A program made the translations under genes and the position numbers. Below are positions 18,002-28,891 of a stretch of 64,000 nucleotides of DNA, piece after piece; the first letter of the stretch is position 1; the number at the start of each line of letters is the position of its first letter. This DNA comes from Patescibacteria group bacterium (GTDB lineage Bacteria > Patescibacteriota > Microgenomatia > UBA12405). The notes beneath the pieces are model-generated. The model saw only the letters and a list, made by a program, of their open reading frames with translations. It made no database searches and was not told the origin of the DNA. The stretch is from contig JAHIPV010000013.1 in NCBI GenBank assembly GCA_018902845.1, positions 18,766 through 82,765 on the forward strand, written 5' to 3'.

Positions 18002-18373
18002 ATGAATTATCTAGCAATTGATTATGGAACAAAAAGAATTGGCACTGCCATTTCGATTATGGGAGTTATTAGTCCACTAAAAACTTTCCCTAACAATACT
18101 GTTTTTTTTAATTCTCTTGAAAAAATCACCAACCAGAATGAAATAAAAAAAATTTTTGTTGGTATTTGCCAGGGCTCCTTTGCCGTGCAAACCAAATCCT
18201 TTGTTGCCAAACTAAAACTTATGCTAAAATTACCAGTAGAGCTAGTGGAGGAATCAGTTTCAACTATCGAAGCAGATGAACTTTATAAACAGCTTAATAA
18301 AAAAAGGAAAAATTATAAAGAAAAAATAGATTCCATAAGCGCAGCAATAATATTAAGACGAGCAATTAATTAA
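18002..18373 (+). CDS. ruvX: Holliday-junction resolvase-like RuvX/YqgF
   Basis: MNYLAIDYGTKRIGTAIS.. RNase H-fold YqgF signature. Classic neighbour of alaS and mltG. Confidence 0.85.
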   Translation: MNYLAIDYGTKRIGTAISIMGVISPLKTFPNNTVFFNSLEKITNQNEIKKIFVGICQGSFAVQTKSFVAKLKLMLKLPVELVEESVSTIEADELYKQLNKKRKNYKEKIDSISAAIILRRAIN

Positions 18374-18407
18374 TAATTCGTTAGTCCCCCGAGGGGGAAA
18401 AATTCTT

Positions 18408-18605
18408 ATGTTTAAAAATCTAATCTCTCCAGTTCAAGCTTGGTTACTTTCACAGGGTCGTTGTGTTGGTTGTAGCATGCCACTTTCCAAGGGGAAAGAA
18501 AAAAAGGTTCGTGGCAAAATCACAACTACATGTAAGTGTGGGCGTATTTTTATTCACGATAAAAAGAACAACAAATACCGACGCGCTCTTTTCAGTGAAA
18601 TATAA
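18408..18605 (+). CDS. Small zinc-ribbon protein (65 aa)
   Basis: C-x2-C ... C-x-C arrangement (CVGC..TCKCG). Sits where the small yrzB-like gene occurs in the alaS-ruvX-mltG cluster of other bacteria. Confidence 0.45.
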   Translation: MFKNLISPVQAWLLSQGRCVGCSMPLSKGKEKKVRGKITTTCKCGRIFIHDKKNNKYRRALFSEI

Positions 18606-18614
18606 AAAGCTTTA

Positions 18615-19577
18615 ATGAAAAAAATTTTTCTTTTTCTACTGGTTTTTTTACTTGTATCATTTTTTTGTGTTTTACTGTATTTTTATGTCGCTTCTCAATC
18701 GCATTCTTCCGATGATTCAAAAATTCCTTTTGTTATCAACAGGGGAGACGGTTTGAAATCTATCAGCCAAAGGTTAAAAGATAACAACCTGATTAAAGAT
18801 CGGTTAGTGTTTATTGTCAGTGCTCATGTATTAGGATTAAATGACAAGCTTCAGGCTGGCAACTTTCAGCTTTCTTCCAATATGACTTCAAATCAAATAA
18901 TTTATCGCTTATCAAGTGGTGGTAATAACGATTATTGGGTTAAACTGGTAGAAGGTTGGAGAAATGAAGAAATAGCCACCTATTTTCAACAAAAAAATAT
19001 TTTTGATCCAAAATATTTTCTTATTCAGAACGATCTTCAGCAAGGATATATTTTTCCCGACAGTTATTTAGTCCCAATAGAGACAAATACGGATGATTTT
19101 TTACAAATAGTTTCAAAGAATTTTAATAAAAAATTGCAACAAGCCTCACAGGACCCAACCATCAGTCTTTCACCCCAAGAAAGTATAATTCTTGCCTCTA
19201 TTTTGGAACGTGAAGCTAGAACTTTAAAATCCAAACAGGAAATTGCCGGGATTTTATTAAATCGACTTAGTATTAACATGGCTCTTCAGGTTGACGCCAC
19301 CGTTCAGTATGCCAGAGATTCTGGCCTACCCAAACCAGAAGAATATTGGAAACCGATTAAAAAAACAGATTTACAGGTCAACTCCCCATACAACACTTAT
19401 ATATATACCAACCTACCACCCTCTCCCATTTGCAACCCAGGCTATGACTCTCTGTACGCCTCTTTTCATCCGATCGAATCGGATTATCTTTATTACATCA
19501 CAGGAAAAGACGGAAACATGTACTACGCCAAAACACTGGAAGAACATAACATCAACATCGCCAACTATCTCAGATAA
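18615..19577 (+). CDS. mltG: Endolytic murein transglycosylase MltG (YceG family)
   Basis: N-terminal TM, LysM-like region and YceG catalytic region (..LASILEREAR.., QVDATVQYA, NSPYNTYIYTNLPPSPICNPG). Confidence 0.85.
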   Translation: MKKIFLFLLVFLLVSFFCVLLYFYVASQSHSSDDSKIPFVINRGDGLKSISQRLKDNNLIKDRLVFIVSAHVLGLNDKLQAGNFQLSSNMTSNQIIYRLSSGGNNDYWVKLVEGWRNEEIATYFQQKNIFDPKYFLIQNDLQQGYIFPDSYLVPIETNTDDFLQIVSKNFNKKLQQASQDPTISLSPQESIILASILEREARTLKSKQEIAGILLNRLSINMALQVDATVQYARDSGLPKPEEYWKPIKKTDLQVNSPYNTYIYTNLPPSPICNPGYDSLYASFHPIESDYLYYITGKDGNMYYAKTLEEHNINIANYLR

Positions 19578-19578
19578 G

Positions 19579-20613
19579 TTAATTTTTTTTATTTATCAAC
19601 TTTTCCAATACCTTCCATCTTTTCTTTTTTATTTTCATCGGCACATTATCCTCATATAATTTTGCTGCCAAAGTTCCCCTTCTGGGCGAATATTTGTTCA
19701 AGTAAGCTATTTCAAAACCTACTTTTTTACAAAGTTCTACTGTATTTTTAAAAGCTTTCTTGGTTTCTCCCGGAAATCCGACGATAATATCAGTACTAAA
19801 TCTAACCCCTTTTATTCTTTTCCTAATTTTTCTAACTAAACTCAAATATTCTTTTGAGGTATAAGGTCTCTTCATTTTTTTTAAAATTTCATCATCTCCG
19901 GATTGCAAAGGCAAATGAATTAATCGGTCAATATTTTTATATTTTGATATCACTTCGATTAATTCATCGGAAAAATCCCACGGATTACTGCTGATAAAAG
20001 AAATATTTTTTAATTTTTTTTTGGCTATTTTTTCCAGTAATTTAAAAAAGGAACTTGTCTTATCAAAATCAGCTCCGTATGAGTTCACGTTTTGTCCCAC
20101 CAGCAAAATTTTTTCTACCCCTTCCTTGATATGTCTATCTACTTCTTTAATTATTTTTTTAAAATTTTTTGATTTTTCTCTACCTCGACAGAAAGGTACA
20201 ATGCAATAAGAACAAAAATTATTGCAACCATTACTAATTGATATCAAGGCCCTATCGTCTTCTTGGGCAGAAAAACCTTCAAAAACCTTAATTCTGCTAA
20301 TTTCTGGAAAATTATTTTTAATTTTTCCTAGTTTCTTTTTATTTTGCAAAAGCAGGCGGGCTAAACATCCGCTCAATAATACCTTAGGCCTATTTTTCCC
20401 TAATTTTCTTATATTATTAATCAATCCGTAAACTCTGTTTTCTGCAGTTTCACGAACGATACAACTGTTTATAATTACCAAATCCGATTTTCTATAATCA
20501 TAAACTTCTATAAACCCTTTTTTTAAAAAATCATTTCTAATTTTTTCCGAATCAATCACATTTTGGATACAACCAAAGGTTTTTATATAAAATTTTTTCT
20601 TTTTACCAAGCAT
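19579..20613 (-). CDS. Radical-SAM methylthiotransferase, MiaB/RimO family, apparently without the C-terminal TRAM domain
   Basis: MTTase N-domain (KFYIKTFGCIQN), CSYCIVP radical-SAM cluster motif, ..NKYSPRRGTLAAK. Start at the ATG corresponding to MLGKKKK (20613); the 74 upstream codons of the ORF track are read through the neighbouring promoter region. Confidence 0.8.
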   Translation of the reverse strand: MLGKKKKFYIKTFGCIQNVIDSEKIRNDFLKKGFIEVYDYRKSDLVIINSCIVRETAENRVYGLINNIRKLGKNRPKVLLSGCLARLLLQNKKKLGKIKNNFPEISRIKVFEGFSAQEDDRALISISNGCNNFCSYCIVPFCRGREKSKNFKKIIKEVDRHIKEGVEKILLVGQNVNSYGADFDKTSSFFKLLEKIAKKKLKNISFISSNPWDFSDELIEVISKYKNIDRLIHLPLQSGDDEILKKMKRPYTSKEYLSLVRKIRKRIKGVRFSTDIIVGFPGETKKAFKNTVELCKKVGFEIAYLNKYSPRRGTLAAKLYEDNVPMKIKKKRWKVLEKLINKKN

Positions 20614-20684
20614 ACAAGCCAATTCTATCAAAACAAAAACAATTCTCGATTGACACAGTTTCCAAAAAATGGCAATATTAAAAC

Positions 20685-21245
20685 ATGGCATCCATATCTG
20701 ATAGTGATAAAAAATACCAAGAAATTCTTGATAAATACGCAAGACAAATGAAACCTGAGAGTCAAGTTCTCGTAGAACCCCAAACGGAACCCGTATCGGA
20801 AGTTCCAACATCATCGCCGATTTTAAGCCAAACACACGAGCTCCCTAACCCTTCTTTGCCCCCAATTCCGCCCCAACCACCACCAATCTCAAGTAAAGCT
20901 CTAAACATCCCAATTGATCAAAATCAGCCGGGTATTAACGTACCACCAAAAGACAATCTATCCAATTTTTTTAAATTTCTTTTTTATATATCTGTTTTGA
21001 TCTTTCTTTTTATAGTTATTGTCATTGTTCGTGATTACTTCAAGCTCCAGGCTTTAAGTTCAGTCAAAATTACAGAACCGGTCCCAGAAACAAAAAATAT
21101 TGTTCCGGAAACAGAAAAGGAAGGCTGTGTGGTAAATGATAATTTATACAAAGTAGGGGAAACTTTTGATGCGGCAGATGGTTGCAATCAATGCGAGTGT
21201 GGACCCGAATTTACAATTCTTTGTTCAGAAAAAGAGTGTCCCTGA
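20685..21245 (+). CDS. Membrane-anchored protein with Pro-rich N-region and C-terminal 6-Cys module
   Basis: One TM (FFKFLFYISVLIFLFIVIVIV) and C-terminal CVVNDN..DGCNQCECGPEFTILCSEKEC (C-x17-C-x2-C-x-C-x8-C-x4-C). Confidence 0.55.
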   Translation: MASISDSDKKYQEILDKYARQMKPESQVLVEPQTEPVSEVPTSSPILSQTHELPNPSLPPIPPQPPPISSKALNIPIDQNQPGINVPPKDNLSNFFKFLFYISVLIFLFIVIVIVRDYFKLQALSSVKITEPVPETKNIVPETEKEGCVVNDNLYKVGETFDAADGCNQCECGPEFTILCSEKECP

Positions 21246-21255
21246 AACCAGCTTG

Positions 21256-21284
21256 TTGACCGCCTTTATTAAGGAGGCTATAAT
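21256..21284 (+). promoter_or_regulatory. Candidate rpoB promoter TTGACC-N17-TATAAT
   Basis: TTGACC 21256-21261, TATAAT 21279-21284, about 63 nt upstream of rpoB ATG. Confidence 0.5.
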
Positions 21285-21295
21285 ACCAAGATCTT

Positions 21296-21323
21296 TCAGC
21301 TAGCGTAAGCTCAGCTTTTTTTT
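21296..21323 (+). terminator. Weak hairpin plus T8 run in the rpoB leader (terminator or attenuator candidate)
   Basis: cagctagcgtaagctcagc followed by tttttttt (21316-21323). Stem is imperfect. Confidence 0.3.
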
Positions 21324-21347
21324 GTTATCAACCACATCCATAAAAAC

Positions 21348-24300
21348 TTGATGAGTCAAAAGAAACGAACCAATTGGGGAGTAAAATATCAAAATTTACC
21401 CAAATTGAATTTAATCCATGTACAAAAGAGTTCCTGGTTTGAGTTTTTGGAAAAAGGTTTAAAAAAAACGATTCAGTCCGTCTCTTCTATAACCGATTAC
21501 ACCGGAAACAACTGGATTCTTGAAATTAATGACGTATTTTTTGATCCAATTACGACGACTCCGGCGTTTGCCAAGGCAAAGGGATTGAATTTTTCCATTC
21601 CTGTCAAAATTAAAACAAAATTAACCAACAAAAGGACCAGCCAAACAAAAGAAGAAAATGTTTTTCTATTAAACCTTCCTACCATGACTCCAGAAGGTAC
21701 CTTTATTATAAATGGTATTGAGAGAGGGGTGATTAATCAGCTGGTCAGATCTCCGGGGGTTTACTTCACCAAAGAAACAGACAAGTCCACGGGTAAAACC
21801 TTATTTAACGCCGAAATTAGGCCGATTAGGGGTTCTTGGTTGGAATTTTTTGTTGGCAAAAAAAATGTTATCTTTGCCAGAATTGACCGTAAACGAAAAC
21901 TTCCTGCCACTACGCTTTTAAGGGCCGTTGGTGGATTCTCGGATAAAGAACTTATAAAAGAATTCTCTGATTTTATATCTACAACCATACAAGCTGATCC
22001 TTCTAAAACCAGAGAAGAAGGCCTTGTAGAGTTTTACAAGAAACTTAGACCAGGCGAACCAATTGTTTTAGAAAATGCGGAAAGGTTTTTTAAAGATAGA
22101 TTTTTTGATTTAAGGAGTTATGAGCTTGGTAGAGTTGGACGTTACAAGATCAATCAAAAATTCAATTTTAGCTTAAACGACAAAGACCAAGATAATTGGA
22201 TTATAAAAAAAGAAGATTTAATAGCAACAATCAAATATTTAATCCAACTTCAAAAAGGTGAAGTTGGGGAAGTTGACGACATTGACAGCCTTGCCAACCG
22301 AAGATTAAGAAGAGCGGGCGAAATTGTTTCTCAGATTGCCTTAAAACCAGCTCTTGCTAGATTCGAAAGAATGATAAAAGAAAGAATGAGTTTGATTAGT
22401 ACAAAGGAAATGCCTTCTCCTTCTCAGATGATTAATCCCCAGCCATTGGTTTCTTCTCTTAATACATTTTTCAGATCTAATCAACTTTCTTCAATTTTGG
22501 ATCAAACCAATCCGTTGGCGGAAATAGATCTTCTGAGAAGAGTTACCGTAATTGGTGTCGGAGGTCTGACCCGCGAAAGAGCTGCTTTTTCTATCAGAGA
22601 TGTTCACGCCACTCAATATGGTCGTATCTGTACCGTAAGAACACCGGAAGGCCCCAATATTGGTTTGGTAACTTATCTGGCTATCTATAGTCAAATTGAC
22701 GAATATGGTTTTATTCAAGCGCCATATAGAAAAGTAACCAAAGATAAAAAAGGTTATAAAATTTCCGACAAACACGTTTATCTTGATGCTGCACAGGAAT
22801 ATAATTTCCATATTTCCCATCTCAATATAGGCATTGATAAAAATAACTACATAACACAAAAATGGATCCCTTTAAGGTTTCGTGGAGAATTTGTAGAGGG
22901 GCCGATCGATCAGTTGGATTATATTGATTTGGTCCCTAATCAAATCGTTGGTACATCAGCTTCTCTAATACCTTTTATTTCCCACGACGATGCCACAAGA
23001 TCTTTGATGGGTTCCCACATGCAATGTCAAGCTGTACCCCTAGTCAAAACCGAAGCTCCTATTGTTGGCACCGGGATGGAAATAGCTATTGCAACCGCAC
23101 TTCACCGAAGTGTAAGAGCCAACAACGATGGTAAGGTCACAAAAGCAGATAGTGACAAAATCATTGTTAAACTGAAAAAGAAATTAAATGATGCCAAGGC
23201 AGCTAACTTTCCAAGCCAAATCAGTCAAGACGGTAAATATGAAACCTACACCCTTGATAAATTCAACAGAACCAGTCCTTATGGCACCTGTTACAATCAA
23301 AAAATTACCGTTAATGTCGGCGATTCTATTAAAAAAGGTGATCTATTGATCGACGGTCCATCTACTGATGATGGCTATTTGGCAATCGGGAAAAACCTTT
23401 TGGTGGCATACACGTCTATAGATGGACTTACCTTTGAAGATTCTTTTGTCATTTCTGATCGTCTCGTTAAGGGGGATGTTCTCACTTCTATTCAGATATA
23501 TCAGTATGTTGCTCAGGTGGTGGAGACAAAACTGGGTTCGGAAGAACTAACAAAGGATATTCCGAATGTTTCAGAAAATGAATTAGCCAAGTTAACCGAA
23601 GATGGCATAGTTATGACGGGAGCCACTGTTAGTTCCAACCACATCCTGGTTGGTAAGGTAGAACCTAGAGGAGAAAAAGAACTTACGGCAGAAGAAAGAC
23701 TTTTAAGGGCTATTTTTGGTGAAAAAGCAAAAGATGTTAAAGACACAAGTCTTAGAGTTCCTCACGGAGAGGGCGGTGTCGTAATAAAAGTAGACATTTT
23801 AGATAAAGAAAACGGTGATGAACTGGGGCCGGGTATTAACAAAATAGTCAAAATTTATGTAGCCCAGATGAGACGCATTGAAGAAGGCGATAAGATTTCT
23901 GGTAGACATGGAAACAAAGGGGTTATTTGCCGTATTATGCCGGAATCAGACATGCCCTATTTAGATGATGGCACTCCTGTTGATTTATTAATCTCCCCGC
24001 TATCCGTCATATCCAGAATGAATCTAGGTCAAATTCTTGAAACTAATCTTGGCTATGCCGGACATGAACTAGGTAAAAATTATTCTGTTCCGGTTTTTGA
24101 AAAATATTCAGAAGAAAAAATTGTTAACGAATTAAAAAAAGCTGGTCTTCCGGCAGATGGCAAAATCCAGCTTTTTGATGGAAGGACAGGCTTACCTTTT
24201 GATCAAAAAACAGTAACCGGTTTTGGTTATATTCTAAAACTCGTTCACATGGTCGATGACAAAGTCCATGCGCGATCTACAGGTCCATATTCCTTGGTCA

Positions 24301-24653
24301 CACAACAGCCTCTGGGTGGTAAGGCTAGAATGGGTGGACAGCGTCTTGGAGAAATGGAGGTTTGGGCCCTAGAAGCTCATCGCGCTGCTCATACCCTACA
24401 AGAGATGTTGACTATCAAGTCAGACGACATTGAAGGAAGATCGCAGGCGTTTCAGGCAATCATTAAGGGTCTTGCTATTCCGGAACCATCGGTCCCGGAA
24501 TCTTTTAAAGTTTTAACCAAAGAATTAGCCGGTTTGGGAATAAATATAACACCAGTAAACCCTATGGAAGAAGACGATTCAGATGATAAAGAAGAGATTA
24601 AAAACGATACAAAAAATAAACCCAAAAAAGTTAAAAAATCGGAGGCAACATAA
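21348..24653 (+). CDS. rpoB: DNA-directed RNA polymerase subunit beta
   Basis: 1101 aa with unmistakable RpoB blocks (..GPNIGL.., NMQRQAVPL-like region, C-terminal clamp). Confidence 0.97.
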   Translation: MMSQKKRTNWGVKYQNLPKLNLIHVQKSSWFEFLEKGLKKTIQSVSSITDYTGNNWILEINDVFFDPITTTPAFAKAKGLNFSIPVKIKTKLTNKRTSQTKEENVFLLNLPTMTPEGTFIINGIERGVINQLVRSPGVYFTKETDKSTGKTLFNAEIRPIRGSWLEFFVGKKNVIFARIDRKRKLPATTLLRAVGGFSDKELIKEFSDFISTTIQADPSKTREEGLVEFYKKLRPGEPIVLENAERFFKDRFFDLRSYELGRVGRYKINQKFNFSLNDKDQDNWIIKKEDLIATIKYLIQLQKGEVGEVDDIDSLANRRLRRAGEIVSQIALKPALARFERMIKERMSLISTKEMPSPSQMINPQPLVSSLNTFFRSNQLSSILDQTNPLAEIDLLRRVTVIGVGGLTRERAAFSIRDVHATQYGRICTVRTPEGPNIGLVTYLAIYSQIDEYGFIQAPYRKVTKDKKGYKISDKHVYLDAAQEYNFHISHLNIGIDKNNYITQKWIPLRFRGEFVEGPIDQLDYIDLVPNQIVGTSASLIPFISHDDATRSLMGSHMQCQAVPLVKTEAPIVGTGMEIAIATALHRSVRANNDGKVTKADSDKIIVKLKKKLNDAKAANFPSQISQDGKYETYTLDKFNRTSPYGTCYNQKITVNVGDSIKKGDLLIDGPSTDDGYLAIGKNLLVAYTSIDGLTFEDSFVISDRLVKGDVLTSIQIYQYVAQVVETKLGSEELTKDIPNVSENELAKLTEDGIVMTGATVSSNHILVGKVEPRGEKELTAEERLLRAIFGEKAKDVKDTSLRVPHGEGGVVIKVDILDKENGDELGPGINKIVKIYVAQMRRIEEGDKISGRHGNKGVICRIMPESDMPYLDDGTPVDLLISPLSVISRMNLGQILETNLGYAGHELGKNYSVPVFEKYSEEKIVNELKKAGLPADGKIQLFDGRTGLPFDQKTVTGFGYILKLVHMVDDKVHARSTGPYSLVTQQPLGGKARMGGQRLGEMEVWALEAHRAAHTLQEMLTIKSDDIEGRSQAFQAIIKGLAIPEPSVPESFKVLTKELAGLGINITPVNPMEEDDSDDKEEIKNDTKNKPKKVKKSEAT

Positions 24654-27600
24654 ATGAACAAATTTAAAAATATTAGTAATTTTTCTGGGCTAAAGATACA
24701 ACTGGCCTCCCCTAAGCAAATTCTTCAGTGGTCTAGCGGTGAAGTTACTAAACCGGAAACAATAAATTATCGTACATGGAAGCCAGAAAAAGATGGGCTA
24801 TTTTGTGAAAAAATTTTTGGTCCCAGCAAGGATTACGAATGTTACTGCGGAAAATACAAGAAAATCCGATTTAAAGGAGTTATTTGCGATAAATGTGGTG
24901 TTCAGGTGACAACATCTAAAGTCAGAAGGGAACGCATGGGTCATATTGATGTCGCCACCCCCGTTGCCCATCTTTGGTTTTTGAAGAACGCTCCGTCACC
25001 CCTTTCTCTTATACTGGATGTTCCGCAAAAAGATCTCGAAGCGGTCGTTTATTTTACCAAATATTTAGTTATTAGTATTGAATCCGGTAAAAGAAAAGAG
25101 GCCATCAACAATCTTAAGGATAATTCCAAAAAACGTTGTTTAGATATAGATAAACAAACAAAAGACACTATCGAAAAACAAAAAGATTTGTCAAAAAAAG
25201 AAAAAGAAAAACTCAGTAAAAAAATAAAAAATAAAGATCAACTGACAATTGCCATTGAAGAAATTGAAATAAAATTAAGCCAGGAAATTCAAAAAATAAA
25301 AAACAAAGCCAAAGCGGAAAAAGACAAAACTCAAAATCTAGTCGAATTTTTGGAGGATAAAATCAAATCCATATCCATTTTAAGCATTCTTACCGACGAT
25401 GAAGTTTTTTACCTATCTCAATTCAAGGCCGATATATTTTTCAAAATCGCCATGGGAGCTGGTGCTCTTTTGGATATTTTGAAAAACATTGATGTTAGTA
25501 AAACTGTCAAAAATCTTAAAAAAGAATTGTCCAAAACTAACAGTAAAATGAAAAAAAAGAAATTGATGCGCAAAATCAGAATCCTAAACGGAATGCTCAA
25601 AAGCCAAACGGATCCATCTTGGATGATTTTGACCAGGATTCCGATTATACCGCCAGATTTGAGACCAATGGTGCAACTGACAGGAGGTAGGTTTGCAACC
25701 TCAGATCTTAACGATTTATATAGAAGGCTTATTAACAGAAACAACCGTCTTAAGAAATTGCTTAGATTAGGTGCTCCGGAAATTATTTTAAGAAATGAGA
25801 AGAGAATGCTTCAAGAATCGGTTGATAGTTTGATCGATTCTCAAAAAACAGCTAAAAATAAAAGGAGAACCTACAAACGCATCCCCAGATCACTTTCAGA
25901 TTTACTGCGGGGCAAAAAGGGCCGTTTTAGAAGGAATCTACTAGGAAAGAGGGTTGATTATTCCGGTCGATCGGTTATCGTAGTAGGTCCAGAGTTAAAA
26001 CTAGACGAGGTTGGATTACCAAAAAAAATAGCATTGGAAATGTATCGCCCTTTTGTTATTAGGGAATTAATGGCCCTTGGTCTTGCACCTAATATAAAGA
26101 GTGCAAAAAATCTAATTGATCATGAAGTTAACGAAGTTTACGATATTCTTGAGCTCGTAACCAAAAAAAGCTATGTACTTTTGAATCGTGCTCCTACTCT
26201 TCACAAATTATCGATTCAATCTTTTAAACCAAAATTAATTGACGGATTAGCCATCCGATTGCATCCATGTGTCTGTGCTGGTTTTAATGCTGACTTTGAT
26301 GGAGACCAGATGGGTGTTCACTTGCCTTTATCCAAAAAAGCCATTAAAGAAGCCAAAAAACTAATGCTTCCCTCAAAAAATATACTTAAACCATCTGATG
26401 GTAATCCGGTCCTTGTTCCCACTCAAGAAATGGCTGTTGGCTGTTACTATATTACCTCCATAAGACAACAAGATATGGATAAGGTAGGGGGAGAAGGAAT
26501 AAAAGATATTCCGATTTTTTCTGATAAAAACGAAGCTGAACTAGCTTATCAAACCCAAAAAATAAACTTAAGACAACTAATTGCCGTCAGGATAAACAAC
26601 AAAATTATAAAAACTTCACTAGGAAGAATAAAATTTAATGATACTCTTCCCAAGGAATTTAATTTTATAAATACTCCGGTACCAGGCGGAAAATTCATAA
26701 AAGATGTTTTAATCAAATCATTAAAAATAGCCGGTAGAAAAAAAACAGTCAAGCTAATAGATGCTCTAAAAGATATTGGTTTCTTTGGTTTTGGACTATC
26801 AGGTATTTCTTTGTCTGTTAGGGATTGTGGATTTTTACCCAAAAAAGATAAACTTCTTTCTCAAGCCGAAGAAAAAATACACGAAATCGAGAATAATTTT
26901 AATCTCGGTTTAATTACCTCAGAAGAAAAAAAGAGATTAGCTCAATCGGTTTGGATGGATGTTACAGAGGATATAGCCCAAAAAACTTGGGCCACTCTGA
27001 GTCCCGACTCGCCGATAAAAATTGTTTCTGCCGCAGGAATTAAACGCGCTTCAAAGGATCAAATTAAACAGCTATCTGGTATTAGAGGTCTTATGGTTGA
27101 CCCAACCGGACGTATCGTTCCTTTGCCGACAAAATCAAATTTCAGAGAAGGCCTATCTCCTTTTGAGTACGTTACGGGAACCAGGGGGACAAGAAAAGGT
27201 TTGGCTGATACAGCCCTAAAAACTGCTGACGCTGGTTATCTTACCAGGCGTTTAGTTGATGCATCTCATGCTTGCTTGGTGAGAGAAGAAGACTGTAAAA
27301 CTAAAGATTTCCTTACTATCAGTAGTGATGATAAAAACAGAGAAAGATTCTTCTTGAAAAGAATTATTGGTCGTACTTTAGCTACGGATATTATCGATCC
27401 AAAAACTAAAAAAACTTTAATCAAGAAAGGGGTTTTAATCGACGATGAACTGCTAAGTCTGATCGAGGAAAAACAAATACGATCAGTTGATGTCCGATCT
27501 CCCATAAAATGTAAATCAATCAACAGTATTTGCCAGAAATGCTATGGTTGGGATTTGTCTACAAGAAAAATGGTTGATTTAGGTGTCCCGGTCGGAGTTA

Positions 27601-28379
27601 TCGCCGCTCAATCAATTGGCGAGCCGGGGACACAATTAACACTCAGAACCAAGCATACTGGCGGTGTTCTTGGTGTCGACGTTACCCAGGGTTTACCCCG
27701 TGTACAAGAGCTTTTTGAAATAAGAACACCCAAATTACCGTCTCCTTTGGCAGAAATATCTGGTAAGGTACACATTAAAGAGGGTACAGATGCCTACGAA
27801 ATTAGACTAGTTGGCAAAGACGATAAAAATGTTAAAAAAACTATAAATTATTTATTGCCATTAAATGTCAACCTTTCTGTTTCTGATGGTGATTTGGTTG
27901 CAAAAGGATTGCAATTTTGTTCTGGGAGTTTAGATGTTAGAGAAATTTTGGCAGTTAAGGGTATTGGAGCGGCTCAAAAATATTTGATTGATAACATACA
28001 GGGAGTATACGAATCACAGGGAATTTCGGTTCACGATAAACATTTTGAAATTTTGGTTAAAGAAATGAGTGATAAAGTTAAGGTAGAAAACCCAGGAGAT
28101 TCGATTTTTCTATATGGTCAATTTATCACCAGATCGGTCTATAATTCCACTAATGATGAGTTAAAGAAAACAAGAGGTAAACCAGTTCGTGGCAGAAAAG
28201 TCTTACTTGGGTTGATACAATCATCTTTGACTACCGATTCGTGGTTATCGGCTGCTTCTTTCCAGCAAACCACTAACATTCTTACCGAAGCATCTTTGTT
28301 AGGAGAAGTTGATAATTTGATAGGATTAAAAGAAAATGTTATCATCGGACGCTTAATACCAACAAAAGTTATACAATAA
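24654..28379 (+). CDS. rpoC: DNA-directed RNA polymerase subunit beta'
   Basis: 1241 aa with zinc-binding CxxC..CxxC, NADFDGD catalytic motif, and trigger-loop and bridge-helix regions. GGAGG RBS upstream. Confidence 0.97.
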   Translation: MNKFKNISNFSGLKIQLASPKQILQWSSGEVTKPETINYRTWKPEKDGLFCEKIFGPSKDYECYCGKYKKIRFKGVICDKCGVQVTTSKVRRERMGHIDVATPVAHLWFLKNAPSPLSLILDVPQKDLEAVVYFTKYLVISIESGKRKEAINNLKDNSKKRCLDIDKQTKDTIEKQKDLSKKEKEKLSKKIKNKDQLTIAIEEIEIKLSQEIQKIKNKAKAEKDKTQNLVEFLEDKIKSISILSILTDDEVFYLSQFKADIFFKIAMGAGALLDILKNIDVSKTVKNLKKELSKTNSKMKKKKLMRKIRILNGMLKSQTDPSWMILTRIPIIPPDLRPMVQLTGGRFATSDLNDLYRRLINRNNRLKKLLRLGAPEIILRNEKRMLQESVDSLIDSQKTAKNKRRTYKRIPRSLSDLLRGKKGRFRRNLLGKRVDYSGRSVIVVGPELKLDEVGLPKKIALEMYRPFVIRELMALGLAPNIKSAKNLIDHEVNEVYDILELVTKKSYVLLNRAPTLHKLSIQSFKPKLIDGLAIRLHPCVCAGFNADFDGDQMGVHLPLSKKAIKEAKKLMLPSKNILKPSDGNPVLVPTQEMAVGCYYITSIRQQDMDKVGGEGIKDIPIFSDKNEAELAYQTQKINLRQLIAVRINNKIIKTSLGRIKFNDTLPKEFNFINTPVPGGKFIKDVLIKSLKIAGRKKTVKLIDALKDIGFFGFGLSGISLSVRDCGFLPKKDKLLSQAEEKIHEIENNFNLGLITSEEKKRLAQSVWMDVTEDIAQKTWATLSPDSPIKIVSAAGIKRASKDQIKQLSGIRGLMVDPTGRIVPLPTKSNFREGLSPFEYVTGTRGTRKGLADTALKTADAGYLTRRLVDASHACLVREEDCKTKDFLTISSDDKNRERFFLKRIIGRTLATDIIDPKTKKTLIKKGVLIDDELLSLIEEKQIRSVDVRSPIKCKSINSICQKCYGWDLSTRKMVDLGVPVGVIAAQSIGEPGTQLTLRTKHTGGVLGVDVTQGLPRVQELFEIRTPKLPSPLAEISGKVHIKEGTDAYEIRLVGKDDKNVKKTINYLLPLNVNLSVSDGDLVAKGLQFCSGSLDVREILAVKGIGAAQKYLIDNIQGVYESQGISVHDKHFEILVKEMSDKVKVENPGDSIFLYGQFITRSVYNSTNDELKKTRGKPVRGRKVLLGLIQSSLTTDSWLSAASFQQTTNILTEASLLGEVDNLIGLKENVIIGRLIPTKVIQ

Positions 28380-28392
28380 AAAATTAATAAAT

Positions 28393-28872
28393 ATGCCAAC
28401 ATTTAACCAACTAACAAAAAAAGCTCGAAAAAAGCCGAAGAAAAAAATCAAAGCTAAGGCTCTAAGAAATAACTTTAATAGTATAAAAAACAAACTAGTC
28501 CAGACTTATAATCCCCAAAAAAAGGGAGTTGTAATTGTTGTCAAGACCATGACTCCAAAAAAGCCACACTCGGCTTTACGGAAAGTAGTCAAGGTGAGAC
28601 TTTCCAATCGAACAATAGTCACAGCTTATATACCAGGCGAAGGCCATAATTTGGCAGAACATGGAATAGTAGCTATTCGAGGAGGCAGAGTTAGAGATTT
28701 ACCGGGTGTCCGCTATCGTATTATCAGAGGTCGTCTTGATGCCGGATCAGTCGCTGATCGTAGACAATCCAGGAGTAAATATGGGACCAAGAAACCATCA
28801 ACTGGCCAAAATCAAACTACAGCCAAGCCAGTTAGTCAGCCAGTTGCAGATACCGCCACTGCCACAACTTAA
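28393..28872 (+). CDS. rpsL: 30S ribosomal protein S12 (with short internal insertion and a 24-aa Thr/Ala/Gln C-terminal tail)
   Basis: [18 protein letters not shown].., [17 protein letters not shown]. 159 aa versus about 124 canonical. Confidence 0.95.
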   Translation: MPTFNQLTKKARKKPKKKIKAKALRNNFNSIKNKLVQTYNPQKKGVVIVVKTMTPKKPHSALRKVVKVRLSNRTIVTAYIPGEGHNLAEHGIVAIRGGRVRDLPGVRYRIIRGRLDAGSVADRRQSRSKYGTKKPSTGQNQTTAKPVSQPVADTATATT

Positions 28873-28891
28873 TTTTTTATATTTTAATATT

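Noticed and set aside
18374-18407. Hairpin tcccccgagggggaa after ruvX as a terminator
   Set aside because: The stem is only 4-5 bp and is not followed by a T-run on either strand. More likely a G-rich ribosome-binding region for the downstream zinc-ribbon gene.
19579-20835. Full 418-aa ORF for the methylthiotransferase
   Set aside because: The first 74 codons have no MTTase similarity and run antisense through the promoter region of the neighbouring + gene. The conserved N-domain begins right after the internal Met (start 20613).
28706-28891. Upstream start for rpsG overlapping rpsL
   Set aside because: The S7 homology begins at MSRKGP (ATG 28892). The upstream 62 codons are read in an alternative frame of the rpsL 3' end.
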